Source: Escherichia phage mckay
Sequence record: NC_073073.1
Reading direction: 5' to 3' (one strand)
DNA length: 44,443 nt
Positions 18,401 through 26,589 of this stretch are shown piece by piece. A program made the position numbers and the translations under genes. A model generated the notes under the pieces. That model did no database searches. It was not told where the DNA came from and saw only the letters and a program-made list of their open reading frames with translations. Every line of letters starts with the position of its first letter. The first letter of the stretch is position 1.

Positions 18401-18839
18401 TGCGCCCGCCCACCAGGTCGCCATTATCTTCGTTAGTGTACAGGGCCGGAATGCCGATTCGAATGCGCACGGCGTCAAGACTGGTGTCATTAATCTGGCG
18501 CACCCACGGCGTGCCGTTTTCCAGTTTTACGCCGACAGATTGTTCACTTTCCACCGCTGAAAATCCGTGGATCACATCCTGGTGCTGTGTGCCCGGACGG
18601 AACTCCACGCGAGCGCCCGGGAAGTTTTCCGACAGGTCGGCGTTCTGGATCGGTGTTCCGTCCAGGTAGACGCGCTGCCGTAATTCGCTGGCGCTCGTAA
18701 TACTTTCGAACTCCCCTTCGCCCAGTGCGAGCAAGATGCGGATTTTAGCCAGCGAATGCAGGCTGTCTGGCGTCTCCTGTGGGGTGTGCTGTTTGCCGCC
18801 GCCGCCTTTATGGCCCGTGACGTCGTAGATAATCGTCAT
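15420..18839 (-). CDS. Tail tip / host-specificity protein (lambda gpJ-like)
   Basis: 1139 aa; position after I/K/L; N-terminal MTIIYDVTGHKGGGGK...ILLALGEGEFE typical of J-like central tail fibre proteins. Confidence 0.85.
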   Translation of the reverse strand: MTIIYDVTGHKGGGGKQHTPQETPDSLHSLAKIRILLALGEGEFESITSASELRQRVYLDGTPIQNADLSENFPGARVEFRPGTQHQDVIHGFSAVESEQSVGVKLENGTPWVRQINDTSLDAVRIRIGIPALYTNEDNGDLVGGRIDYKIVVYTDNADPREFRFAAVGKTMSLYERDHRIELPPNVNTGWRVEVHRITADSTSAKVVNDIRVQSITEIIDARLRYPLTALLFVEFDAKAFQNIPRVSIKCKGRKVLIPNNYDPINHTYSGDWDGTFKRAWTDNPAWHWYDICITERFGLGRRIKPQMLNRYALYQIAQRCDQLVSDGNGGREIRFKNDMYIQSQTDAWTVLKDLAAIFAGMTWWGNQMLNIVSDQPVAAVSHTITNASVIDGRFDYASGSQKTRYSTFAVAYGNPKNHYEDAIATGQRVELVRRHKINRLDITAIGCTRESEAQRRGHWALISNQLDQQVSFKVGMEGLFFIPGSVVAIADTNISGGFETRGGRLLSDPGTRTVLNTDSEITFRPGDKFLVRTDSGNVETREIASVNGNKVTLKTALDADPIPDQPFCVDGNDIQLQKFRITDLEYDDSTSTFSVRGIEYNDSKYDAVDNGARLDPGIFTQVPDGVMKGPESVTITPSQISSQGQLITNVDIVFPPVKDAVVYEIQWRRTSLQNMEIQWGNDWVNIPRTASNGAHIPNVFSGNYQARVRAIGMGEISSPWVSSAITPVEGRLGGLNAPIITNAISGLHQILWKWNHNNAATDISYTELEVRKTGETEWKFLTNVPYPGAEYAQTSLEFGIYQQLRARVADKIGNLSDWSAPFEGQVSDKVDEYMKGLDDEFLTSEDGKRFQEAIDTIPQGIYEAMLTDAQQLFNARAEYKGIYAEIKVAYNVAADAHKAVAQLETLIGTRLDDAEAAIHTLQTAQSTHEQAFAQYQQTVAAKFGEQEAAIQQVQTATADVAGALAEYKTQVAAQFGQQSAAIEQKMTSTFNHAGGNATYSLKAGVTYNGTYYDAGMQLSVVAEGGAVKSRIAFKADQFYIMHPSNGSLSSAFIVDGGAVYIDTARIKDATINFAQITDTLQSNNYDGYSRGWRLGKDGTFINLGTGNGGGMKQTNTQISVRDGNGVLRVQIGEITGYW

Positions 18840-19453
18840 TCGTTCAAGTCCTCGGTTACGATTCCGGCGGAAATAATAGCGCCGCCGATCTCACGCTCGC
18901 CCCATAATACACCAAGTGCCGTGCCTTGCGCGGTTGTGTTTACCGGTCCGCCGAACGCATACGACGCTTTGTTATCCACGTCCTGCCGTGTCTGCAATCC
19001 TTTCGGCTGTGGGGACAGCAATTGCATAGCACCGCCCAGCGCAAGCGACATGCCGAACGAAAATGTAGCCGTACCGATAGCGGCAGCGGTTGCAGCCGAA
19101 GCCCCGAAAGCGGCAGTAGCAAGTCCGCCAGTATAGAACGACGCCACTACAATCGCGACACCCGCCAGCAATTGGCCCAATCCTCTTTTTGCGCCAGTCA
19201 TAACCGGCGCGATGGTAACGACGCGGTTGCCGTGAAACTCGCCTAGCTCATCGTAGCCGGTCATTGTGTGGTTGCCTTTGCGCACCTTGAACATAATGTT
19301 GTCCAGGTGTGCCGACATTAAAAAGTCTTGTAGCCCTGGCAACTTCACACACAAGCCGGTGATGCCTTCGCCCGGTGTGAAGCAGTCCAGCTTATGCACT
19401 TTACCGAATCGACGCCCTAATACGCCGTACAATTTAAACGTTGTCATTGCCAT
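18836..19453 (-). CDS. Tail assembly protein (lambda gpI-like)
   Basis: 205 aa; position between K and J; G/A-rich hydrophobic C-terminal half; stop overlaps J start (ATGA). Confidence 0.7.
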   Translation of the reverse strand: MAMTTFKLYGVLGRRFGKVHKLDCFTPGEGITGLCVKLPGLQDFLMSAHLDNIMFKVRKGNHTMTGYDELGEFHGNRVVTIAPVMTGAKRGLGQLLAGVAIVVASFYTGGLATAAFGASAATAAAIGTATFSFGMSLALGGAMQLLSPQPKGLQTRQDVDNKASYAFGGPVNTTAQGTALGVLWGEREIGGAIISAGIVTEDLNE

Positions 19454-20184
19454 TCTGTGATATTCCCCGGTAGGTCTTTATGACGTACCCATTTAACCAC
19501 ATTGTCGCGGAAAAATCCTGACCGGAAGGGTATCACACTCGACAGACTGCCGTAGATATGGTGTAGAAGTTGGTTGCCCGGAAGAAATATCCCGGCATGG
19601 TTAGGTACTGGCGCGCTGATTTGCATAATTACCATTGCCCCCGGCGTATTTTCCTCACACTCCCTGAAGCCCGCGCCGTACCAATTATCCATATACAGAT
19701 TCTCGCCTGTCTCCCACCAGTTATACGGCACGCGGAAGTCAGGCAGGCTTACTCCCTGCTTTTTGTGCCAGTCCATGACGAGGCCGTAACAATCCGTAAT
19801 TCCGAGAACAAATCGACGCCCCACCAGCGGAGGATCTTCAGGGTCGATCTCGATAAAGTCGCCATATTCGTTAGTGATGGCCCAGACTACGCCGCTGCCG
19901 TTGCATCCGTTAACGTCGCCCAGTGATGGGGTAAGCTCTCGCTGGCCTGGGTGCGAGTGGACTACGCGCACGACGTCGCCCATATCCTCCGCATCCATCC
20001 AGGCCATATCACTAATCGTGAACGCGTCTTTGCGTGAGCGCACGCCGGTAGGGTCTTCGAATACGTTCGTGCACGGGACGAATACTTGCTTACGTCCCAC
20101 CATGACGACCAACCCACAGGCTTCTTCCGGCAGACATGCCGCAACGTGCGCGGCGATATCGCTTTTAACCTTTTTCGTTAACAT
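19444..20184 (-). CDS. Tail assembly protein (lambda gpK-like; JAB/MPN plus NlpC/P60 domains)
   Basis: HSHP (JAMM-like) motif in the N-terminal half and DCYGLV...H (NlpC/P60-like Cys-His) in the C-terminal half. Confidence 0.8.
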   Translation of the reverse strand: MLTKKVKSDIAAHVAACLPEEACGLVVMVGRKQVFVPCTNVFEDPTGVRSRKDAFTISDMAWMDAEDMGDVVRVVHSHPGQRELTPSLGDVNGCNGSGVVWAITNEYGDFIEIDPEDPPLVGRRFVLGITDCYGLVMDWHKKQGVSLPDFRVPYNWWETGENLYMDNWYGAGFRECEENTPGAMVIMQISAPVPNHAGIFLPGNQLLHHIYGSLSSVIPFRSGFFRDNVVKWVRHKDLPGNITEWQ

Positions 20185-20186
20185 GG

Positions 20187-20975
20187 CTACCCCTTAATCA
20201 ATTTGGACCCTGGAAAACCACCGAAGTCCAGCACCGCAGCTTTCGGGTCGGCAAGCCCCTGACCAAAACGAAGATAACAATCTGACAAACAGCCACCGCA
20301 TCTGTCCATATTCATTGCGATGACTTCGTTTCCGCGTTCGTCGTAATACTTGATGCCTGGCTGCGCAAGGTTCCAAGTGCAACCGTCCCCGCTGGCGTAC
20401 TTCCCGTTGAGCGCCCATTCGCACATGTTCATGATTTGGCGACGTGGAACGACCTGCCCTTCCATATCCGCAGGTGAGGATAGTGCGAAGGTGATTTGCT
20501 TGCCCGGATTGCGCCCGACCTGCGAGTCGATGTAATACTCCTGGACTCGTTTCTGCGTCGGGTCTGGGTCTGTCCCGTTGTCCAGGAACTTCGCGAACGT
20601 ATCGATTATTTCAACCTTCGCGCCCAGTAGCTGGTCGTGGTTCAGCGACAGCCGGGTGATTATGCCGCCAATATCGACAATGGTCAGCTGCGGTTCCGCT
20701 GCCGTTGACGTGGAGAAGTTGAGGCCGGACAAATCAAAGGGCCAAAATTCGAACTCCTGCCCGCCGAAGAAGATGGATTTAGGCTTCAGCTTGTCCTCGT
20801 CACCCCCAGCGGCAGCAATATCCTCGGCAGTGTGCGGAATAAAGCAGTAGTGGAAATAGTGATGGCCCGCGCCGATCGCGCCGTCGCCTGGTTCCACGTC
20901 CTGCGCGTCAATATGAATCAGGCGAACGCGACCCGATGGGTCAAAGCGCGTCGCCTCACGATATAATTTATTCAT
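20187..20975 (-). CDS. Minor tail protein (lambda gpL-like) with C-terminal cysteine cluster
   Basis: 262 aa; C-terminal CGGCLSDC cysteine cluster as in gpL Fe-S proteins; position between M and K. Confidence 0.75.
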   Translation of the reverse strand: MNKLYREATRFDPSGRVRLIHIDAQDVEPGDGAIGAGHHYFHYCFIPHTAEDIAAAGGDEDKLKPKSIFFGGQEFEFWPFDLSGLNFSTSTAAEPQLTIVDIGGIITRLSLNHDQLLGAKVEIIDTFAKFLDNGTDPDPTQKRVQEYYIDSQVGRNPGKQITFALSSPADMEGQVVPRRQIMNMCEWALNGKYASGDGCTWNLAQPGIKYYDERGNEVIAMNMDRCGGCLSDCYLRFGQGLADPKAAVLDFGGFPGSKLIKG

Positions 20976-21571
20976 CTTACAAATCCGATAGCAGTTTTAA
21001 GGGTGGCGGATACCGTTGCCGTGTAGTGCCCGTTGTCCGTGTACGACAAGCTCGAACGCTCGACCACGAATAAACCTGTTTCGCCATCCGGCGCGGTGAC
21101 GACAAACGGCTTGACGAAGTGCCCGCGAAGGAAGTTGTAAACTAGTTTGGGGTTGCACCACCTGTCGGTAGTCAGTCCTATGAATTGCACGGGGAACTGT
21201 TTCGTTTCGGCGTTCGGGCCGTCCGCGATGTTCTGTCCATAGCCATTACCGAATTGCAATTCCTCCGACCGGAAAGCTAACTGAACGTCGCCGCCGCCCT
21301 GCAATTGCATGTGCCAGTAATAGGGCCATTCATTTGACCGCGGGTCGTGTGCTTCGATTAGCTCATATACCGCACCGGATTTCGTTGGACCGGCCCAGTT
21401 ATCCGCCAGGGTGATGACGGTGTTAGAGTTGAATGCCGCAATTTTTCCGGTGTAGTCGTTGCCGTTGATGCGGGCGAATACGCGGACCTTCCCGACCTCG
21501 CTCAAGAACGCCGTCCCCGCGCCCGTGACGGTCTTACTTCCGTTCGTTAGAGTGATTGTACCTTGTGCCAT
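20972..21571 (-). CDS. Minor tail protein (lambda gpM-like C-terminal half) with extra N-terminal domain
   Basis: C-terminal half (FGNGYGQNIADGPNAETKQFPVQF...) resembles gpM; N-terminal MAQGTITLTNGSKTVTGAGTAF resembles the tail-fibre N-terminus. Confidence 0.6.
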   Translation of the reverse strand: MAQGTITLTNGSKTVTGAGTAFLSEVGKVRVFARINGNDYTGKIAAFNSNTVITLADNWAGPTKSGAVYELIEAHDPRSNEWPYYWHMQLQGGGDVQLAFRSEELQFGNGYGQNIADGPNAETKQFPVQFIGLTTDRWCNPKLVYNFLRGHFVKPFVVTAPDGETGLFVVERSSLSYTDNGHYTATVSATLKTAIGFVR

Positions 21572-21607
21572 GAAAAAGCCCCCACGTTGTATGTGAGGGC
21601 CATTTTA

Positions 21608-24250
21608 TCATCGTTTGTAAAGTACACCACCCGGTTTGGTCGCTTTCACAATCTCAGCCTTTACCGACTCGGTGATTTGCTTTCCGAACGCCTGCGCGGT
21701 GCGAGGGTCCGGTCCGCTAACACTGGTGTCCGTCTTACCGGTCCCCATGTTAACGTTGGTCGTTACAATCATCCCACCGCCCACACCGGCAGCGGCAACG
21801 CCCAGTTTCCCGTCTGGCCCGCGCTTCAGTGGCATGATGGCCTCGGGTCCGGCCTCACCCATCAATCCTGCGCCCTTAGCGAACGCCTGAACGCCATAAC
21901 TGAAAAAGGTAGGCTGGCTTACCACTTTCCCCGAATAGGCCGCCAGATTGCCTCCTGCGTACGCTCCGCCGTCCGCATTCTTAGTGAGGCCCGAGAAGAT
22001 AGCGCCGAACAATCCGTTTTTGCCGCCGTCGCCACCGAAAGCGCTAACGATCGACTTGAACGCCTGCGAGGTAGCCAGCTTGATTAACTCGCTCAGGATG
22101 GATTTGACCATATCCTTCGCGTTAATCTTGCCCGTCTCGAAAAATTCGTTCATCGTGTCCTGCATAGCGCTGAACGTGAATTTTGTGAGTGACGTCATCT
22201 GCGTATATCCGTTACCCATCTCATCCACGCTATCCTTAAGCCCGCGACTGAATCCATCCCATAGCGAGGCGTTAGCGCCGGTCTGCGCCTCCTGCACTTC
22301 CCGCAGCTTAGACACCGCCTTGTCTATATCGGTATCGTTAGCGCCAACCCTCTTCAGACGGTCGATTAGCTGCAATTCTTCGCGCAGGTTAGCCGCTTCG
22401 CGCGTAGACAGTGCGTAGCCCGCAGCGGTGGCTTTTATCTCGGCGTTCTGATTCTTGAGGAAAGCGTCGACCTGCGCGTGGGCTTTGATCTGCTTCTCTT
22501 TCGCATCCAGCAATTTGGCTTCTTCGACGATCTGCTCGCGGACTTCCTTCACGCGTCCAAATTCGACCATCTGCTGCTTTTCGGCTGCCGTTAGTGCTCT
22601 TTCTTTGCTCGCAGCGATTAACTGCTCATTATCCGCGATCAGCTTGTTTAGGGCCGCTTGAGCGCGTTGCGTGCGGGTCTGCGTCGATGCATTGGCTTCG
22701 ATCTGCTTGCCAGACTCACGAAGCTGGGCTAATTCGCTTCGCGCGACTTCCAGCATTTTCAGACCGGCATCGACTCGAATTGCCGCGGCCTTTTTCGGTG
22801 CGGGGTCTTTGTAGCGTTCGTTGACCTGCTTCACCGCCTCGGCTAGTTCTTTCTCGTTAATAACACCGCGCTTATTCAGCAAATTGAGGCGGGCGATCTC
22901 GTCGGCTCGCCGCTTCGCGTTGGTTGCGTACTCCTTCTCAAACGCGGCGCGGTCGCGGGCGGTGCGGTTTGCCTCCTCGTTCGCCTTTGCTGCTTCATCC
23001 GCGGCGCTGGCGCTGTCTCGCTCTGCACGGTTGCGCAGGGTGAGCGACGCCACTACCTTTTCCTGGGCGACCAGTTCGCTGTAAAGCATGTTAATACGCG
23101 CTTTCTGCGCTTCGGTCATCACCCCACCGGCAGCGTTTACCGCTTTCATCTCGGCATAGTACGCCGTGGTCATGCGCTGCAAGGACTCACGCGCTTTCAT
23201 CTCGGACTCATTCGAGGACTGCGCGCGGCCCACATCAAGGATTGCATCCCACATAGATTTAGCTGCCGATGTGACGACGTTCATCGAACGCTCAAGCGTA
23301 CCCATGTTGGACTTAATATCGTTGGTCATAGTGGTAAACGACGCTGCGGCTGTTTTGTTAGCCAGCGCGACCGCGTCTGTCTCGCGACCCATATCCACAA
23401 GCGACTGAACCTGCTGGATCTGCGCTTCGTTTACGACGTGATACTTATCTGCCAGTGCGCGCAAACCGCCTACTGGGTCAGTTGACAGCTTCGCTACCGC
23501 CGCGACAACATCTTCGATCGGCTGGCCCGACGTCTTTGCAAAGTCATTAACCACCTTTGCTAACCCGCCGAAATCCGCTCCGGCTTTAACCCCAGCCGCC
23601 GCCAGTGACTGAATTGTGTCACGCGTCTTGCGGAATGATCCGCCCATGCGCTCGGCGTTCTCGGATAGCACCAGGATCTGGTTTGCAGTGAGGCCGGAAA
23701 TGTTACCTGACAGCGCCAGCGTCTTGTTAAGCGCTGCGACCTGGTTCTCTGCGCGGGACGTAATTGCCACCCCTACGCCTAACGTTGCCGTTAGTGCTGC
23801 AATGCCGATCCCTACCGGACCGAGGACGCCCGCAACATAACGCAGCGTGTTACCAAATCCGCCGAACGCCCCAGTTAACTGCGGTAACTGCTGAAGCATA
23901 ACGCGGTGTACTGGCATCCCCATCTCAAGCGTAACTGCGATATCCTGTAACTGGAATGCGGCGTTACGCGAGGCAAAGCCCAGGTTTTTGGTCGACATGC
24001 CTAACCTGTTGGCAAGTCGCTCCTGTTTCGTCATGCCATCGGCTGCGCGCTGCGATTCAGTCGCCAGCTTTTCCATTCCGCCCGCGGCGTCACTCGTCAC
24101 CTTTTTGGATTTGCCGAGGGTGTCGTTTAATTTCTTAACCTTGTTTTCTGTGTTCTCGGATTTCTGTGCGAAGGAGTCCAGCACAGTATTCGCCGTTCTG
24201 ATTTGTGCAACATCAGCCTTTAGCGTGATGCCTGCTGCCTGATCTGCCAT
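21608..24250 (-). CDS. Tail tape measure protein
   Basis: 880 aa, alpha-helical A/Q/K/E-rich with central hydrophobic segments; follows the G/G-T chaperone gene. Confidence 0.85.
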   Translation of the reverse strand: MADQAAGITLKADVAQIRTANTVLDSFAQKSENTENKVKKLNDTLGKSKKVTSDAAGGMEKLATESQRAADGMTKQERLANRLGMSTKNLGFASRNAAFQLQDIAVTLEMGMPVHRVMLQQLPQLTGAFGGFGNTLRYVAGVLGPVGIGIAALTATLGVGVAITSRAENQVAALNKTLALSGNISGLTANQILVLSENAERMGGSFRKTRDTIQSLAAAGVKAGADFGGLAKVVNDFAKTSGQPIEDVVAAVAKLSTDPVGGLRALADKYHVVNEAQIQQVQSLVDMGRETDAVALANKTAAASFTTMTNDIKSNMGTLERSMNVVTSAAKSMWDAILDVGRAQSSNESEMKARESLQRMTTAYYAEMKAVNAAGGVMTEAQKARINMLYSELVAQEKVVASLTLRNRAERDSASAADEAAKANEEANRTARDRAAFEKEYATNAKRRADEIARLNLLNKRGVINEKELAEAVKQVNERYKDPAPKKAAAIRVDAGLKMLEVARSELAQLRESGKQIEANASTQTRTQRAQAALNKLIADNEQLIAASKERALTAAEKQQMVEFGRVKEVREQIVEEAKLLDAKEKQIKAHAQVDAFLKNQNAEIKATAAGYALSTREAANLREELQLIDRLKRVGANDTDIDKAVSKLREVQEAQTGANASLWDGFSRGLKDSVDEMGNGYTQMTSLTKFTFSAMQDTMNEFFETGKINAKDMVKSILSELIKLATSQAFKSIVSAFGGDGGKNGLFGAIFSGLTKNADGGAYAGGNLAAYSGKVVSQPTFFSYGVQAFAKGAGLMGEAGPEAIMPLKRGPDGKLGVAAAGVGGGMIVTTNVNMGTGKTDTSVSGPDPRTAQAFGKQITESVKAEIVKATKPGGVLYKR

Positions 24251-24314
24251 TATGCAGTCCCCTTTTTTATGCAGTTGCCGATTGATATTGTATCAGCGAT
24301 TTCAAAACAAACCT

Positions 24315-24487
24315 TATTCAGTCTCAGACGAGGGGGGCCATTGACCCCCGTCTAGTCTGAAAGACTGGGGTGCTGTCCCGCTGTCCCGATCGGCTGAAAA
24401 CCGCGGCAGCACTGGCGGGGACGGGGTGCTGTCCCGTTTTGTCCCGCCCCTTGTTTGTCCCGCTTTCTGTCCCGCTTACTTTATGCA
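24315..24487. repeat. Copy A of a ~175-bp noncoding element (imperfect hairpin plus TGTCCCGC iterons)
   Basis: ttattcagtctcagacgaggggggccaTtgacccccgtctagtctgaaagactggg and ggtgctgtcccgTtttgtcccgccccttgtttgtcccgctttCtgtcccgcttaCtttatgca recur nearly identically at 40963-41136. Confidence 0.7.
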
Positions 24488-24637
24488 ATAAAACTGCATA
24501 GGTATGCACATTTACAGGGCGTGACAAAACGGGACGTCCCGCCTGTCCCGCTTTGAGTTTATGCAATGAAAGTGATTAGATATGCGGTTTTACAGAGGCG
24601 GGACAAAACGGGACGTCCCGCCTGTCCCGCTTCATTA
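24480..24637. repeat. Two tandem ~79-bp direct repeats, each ending in the 12-bp palindrome CGGGACGTCCCG plus CCTGTCCCGCTT
   Basis: Palindrome at 24530-24541 and 24609-24620; each unit begins with tttatgcaat(a/g)aaa and contains ttacag(g/a)g. Confidence 0.65.
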
Positions 24638-24958
24638 TGCGGGGTTCTGCTGCGCCATCTCATCAAGCGCGATTCGTTCCATTAGCTTGATATCTTTAAA
24701 CGCGCGCTGCTCGTTTTCGATACCGTGCATCTTAAATAACCACTCCAGCACGCCGTAGTCGATGCCGTATGCGCCACCAAATCCGGTGCGCCATTGCGTG
24801 GAGCAATCTGTGAAGACTGCGACTACCTTCGCGTTGTCGGGCCATAGCGCAACAGGTGGACAAACATCTTCGGGGGCCGCACCCCATAAACTTGCGGCTA
24901 AATCTTCGGAGGGTGGCGGCGGGCCATAAAAGCGTCGCGCCGCCTCAATTAGTTTTTT
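24635..24958 (-). CDS. gpT-like extension reached by programmed -1 frameshift from the chaperone gene (G-T fusion)
   Basis: Slippery heptamer A_AAA_AAC (+ strand gtttttt, 24952-24958) lies just before the chaperone stop; the -1 frame is then open for ~105 codons to TAA at 24635-24637 and has no start codon of its own. Confidence 0.6.
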   Translation of the reverse strand, partial: KKLIEAARRFYGPPPPSEDLAASLWGAAPEDVCPPVALWPDNAKVVAVFTDCSTQWRTGFGGAYGIDYGVLEWLFKMHGIENEQRAFKDIKLMERIALDEMAQQNPA

Positions 24959-25311
24959 TCACGCAATCCCATCAGTTCGAGATAGTACGACGTGTGGAAC
25001 ACACCGAACGCGCGTGGGTAGTTGACCACCAGGCGGCGGACGTTCTCCGAGTTAAATTCGTCTGGCAGATTCCAGCCTTCCGCGACGTGCATGATGGCCT
25101 CGACCATAACGTTAAAGCCGTCCGGGTCATTGTCGTCATATTCCGACAGCTTTCGTTCGGTGTCCTGCATGGTTTGCGAAAATTCGTCGATCGGGCGGTG
25201 GCGGACGGTAAAAGTCATCTTGCCTGGTTCGTTCTCACCTGGGCGCGGGATCTCAATCGGCAGCTTAAAGGTCGGCTTAGGGTCAAGTGTAAAGAGTGGT
25301 GCTTTAGCCAT
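24949..25311 (-). CDS. Tail assembly chaperone (lambda gpG-like)
   Basis: Start taken at ATG 25311 (MAKAPLFTL, GGAG RBS) rather than the ORF-track TTG at 25326; sits between the major tail protein and tape measure genes with a slippery site at its 3' end. Confidence 0.7.
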   Translation of the reverse strand: MAKAPLFTLDPKPTFKLPIEIPRPGENEPGKMTFTVRHRPIDEFSQTMQDTERKLSEYDDNDPDGFNVMVEAIMHVAEGWNLPDEFNSENVRRLVVNYPRAFGVFHTSYYLELMGLREKN

Positions 25312-25326
25312 TGTAGTATTCTCCAA

Positions 25327-25350
25327 TAAAAAAGGGGCCGTGCTGGCCCC
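25327..25350 (-). terminator. Rho-independent terminator/attenuator after the major tail protein gene
   Basis: On the - strand GGGGCCAGCACGGCCCC hairpin followed by TTTTTTT. Confidence 0.6.
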
Positions 25351-25380
25351 ATATTAACACTCGCTATTTAAGCGACCAAA

Positions 25381-26106
25381 TCAAGACAATGCCTCGACCA
25401 GATCCTTACGGTAGATAACCATATCTGACTGCATGGTCAGAGTGGATTGTACCGTTTCCACGTTGTTTACTTCAGCGGACGGAATCTTCTGGAAAGATAC
25501 CTTAGCCGGGTAAATACGAATTTCACCTTTGCCGCTTGCTGCCGCTGGGTTAGTGAACTTGATCACAGTGGTTTTCTGTGTGTCGTCCAGGTCTTCCAGG
25601 ATTGGGCGGATCGGGTCTTCTTCGTCGTGGGTGAAAGTGTAAGTCTGTACCAACGGGTTTTTCGTGGTGTTAAGACTGATTGCGGTGTTCACCTGCAACG
25701 GCTGGAATGTAGTCGTCTGCTGGTCGCCACCAGACACGGCAACGTTAGTAATGAAAGGGAAGTCGATAAAGCCCGACACCTTCACCACTTCGCCCGGAGT
25801 GCCTACGCTGAAAGCGCCGGTCGGGTATTTTGTGACGTCTTCGGTGTCGAAGCGCGCCAGCGTAACGTCGTTGGTGTCCACTTTACCCACGATGAATGCG
25901 CGGTTAAGCGCTCGGACCCACGGGGTTTTAGTGAACATAACAACGTCGCCAACAACCAGACCATGCGAAGCCGCACAAGTAATTACGCAACCTTGCGTAA
26001 GGTCAGAGATTGATGCGGCGGCGTTGGTAGCTGCCGTAACAGCGATGCCGCTACCCAGTACGGACCCAATCTGGACGCTGGACCCGTTAGGAAGTTGATA
26101 ACCCAT
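25381..26106 (-). CDS. Major tail (tube) protein, putative
   Basis: 241 aa; position just upstream of the G/G-T chaperone; followed by a terminator, as is usual for abundant structural genes. Confidence 0.55.
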   Translation of the reverse strand: MGYQLPNGSSVQIGSVLGSGIAVTAATNAAASISDLTQGCVITCAASHGLVVGDVVMFTKTPWVRALNRAFIVGKVDTNDVTLARFDTEDVTKYPTGAFSVGTPGEVVKVSGFIDFPFITNVAVSGGDQQTTTFQPLQVNTAISLNTTKNPLVQTYTFTHDEEDPIRPILEDLDDTQKTTVIKFTNPAAASGKGEIRIYPAKVSFQKIPSAEVNNVETVQSTLTMQSDMVIYRKDLVEALS

Positions 26107-26166
26107 AATGACGCTCCTGTTTAGATATACGGATTAATGATACCGCACGCATAGAATTGCGCCAAA

Positions 26167-26589
26167 TCAGGCGCAACAGGTGTAGGGGACTGTGACCACG
26201 ATGCGGGCACGATCAACATCCTCAATCACCGAACTGGTGTATGGCGCGTCCTGAAGCTGGAACGCGGCACCGGTAAGTCTTACGGCCCGCCACTTATCAG
26301 ACGTCGCGATGGCGTCCGCCAGTTCGCTCGCGTACTGTGTGCCCGTGCCCGCGGGAAATACCACGGCGACCTGATACACGCCTGCATAGATCCGGCCCTT
26401 CTGCTGGAAGCCCACAAACTGGGTCGGGGCCGGAAGCAGATATGGTTCCAGGTAGACACCGCTGCCGTTTGCGTGGTCCCCTTGCACGTTCTCCCAGTTA
26501 ACAAGGATCGGTCGCTGGCTGGTGCTCAGGCTTACCGATAAATCTTCTACCACGCGGTTAAGCGCCTTGCGGATTAGAGTATTGCTCAT
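26167..26589 (-). CDS. Tail completion / tail terminator-like protein, putative
   Basis: 140 aa; position between the head-tail joining genes and the major tail protein gene; call is by position only. Confidence 0.45.
   Translation of the reverse strand: MSNTLIRKALNRVVEDLSVSLSTSQRPILVNWENVQGDHANGSGVYLEPYLLPAPTQFVGFQQKGRIYAGVYQVAVVFPAGTGTQYASELADAIATSDKWRAVRLTGAAFQLQDAPYTSSVIEDVDRARIVVTVPYTCCA

Noticed and set aside
21636-24242. Many + strand ORFs of 60-160 aa antisense to the tape-measure gene
   Set aside because: All are embedded antisense in a long, well-supported - strand gene, lack RBSs, and have low-complexity Ala/Ser/Arg-rich translations typical of antisense frames in helical repeat genes.
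24324-24566. ORF-track ORFs 24324-24566 (-) and 40973-41227 (-) whose translations resemble each other (VFQTRRGS..APLV, SGT.SGTNKGRDK.GQHP)
   Set aside because: They lie entirely within the two copies of the noncoding repeat element; the peptide similarity just mirrors the DNA repeat, there is no RBS, and the sequence is dominated by iterons and palindromes.
24315-24637. Possibility that the GTCCCG repeat clusters are a CRISPR array
   Set aside because: Repeat units are only 7-8 bp at irregular 10-13 bp spacing with no unique spacers, there are no cas genes, and the whole block is duplicated; they are iteron-like direct repeats instead.
24856-25357. + strand ORFs 24856-25329 and 25022-25357 overlapping the tail chaperone gene
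   Set aside because: Antisense to the chaperone gene and crossing its frameshift site; no independent signals.
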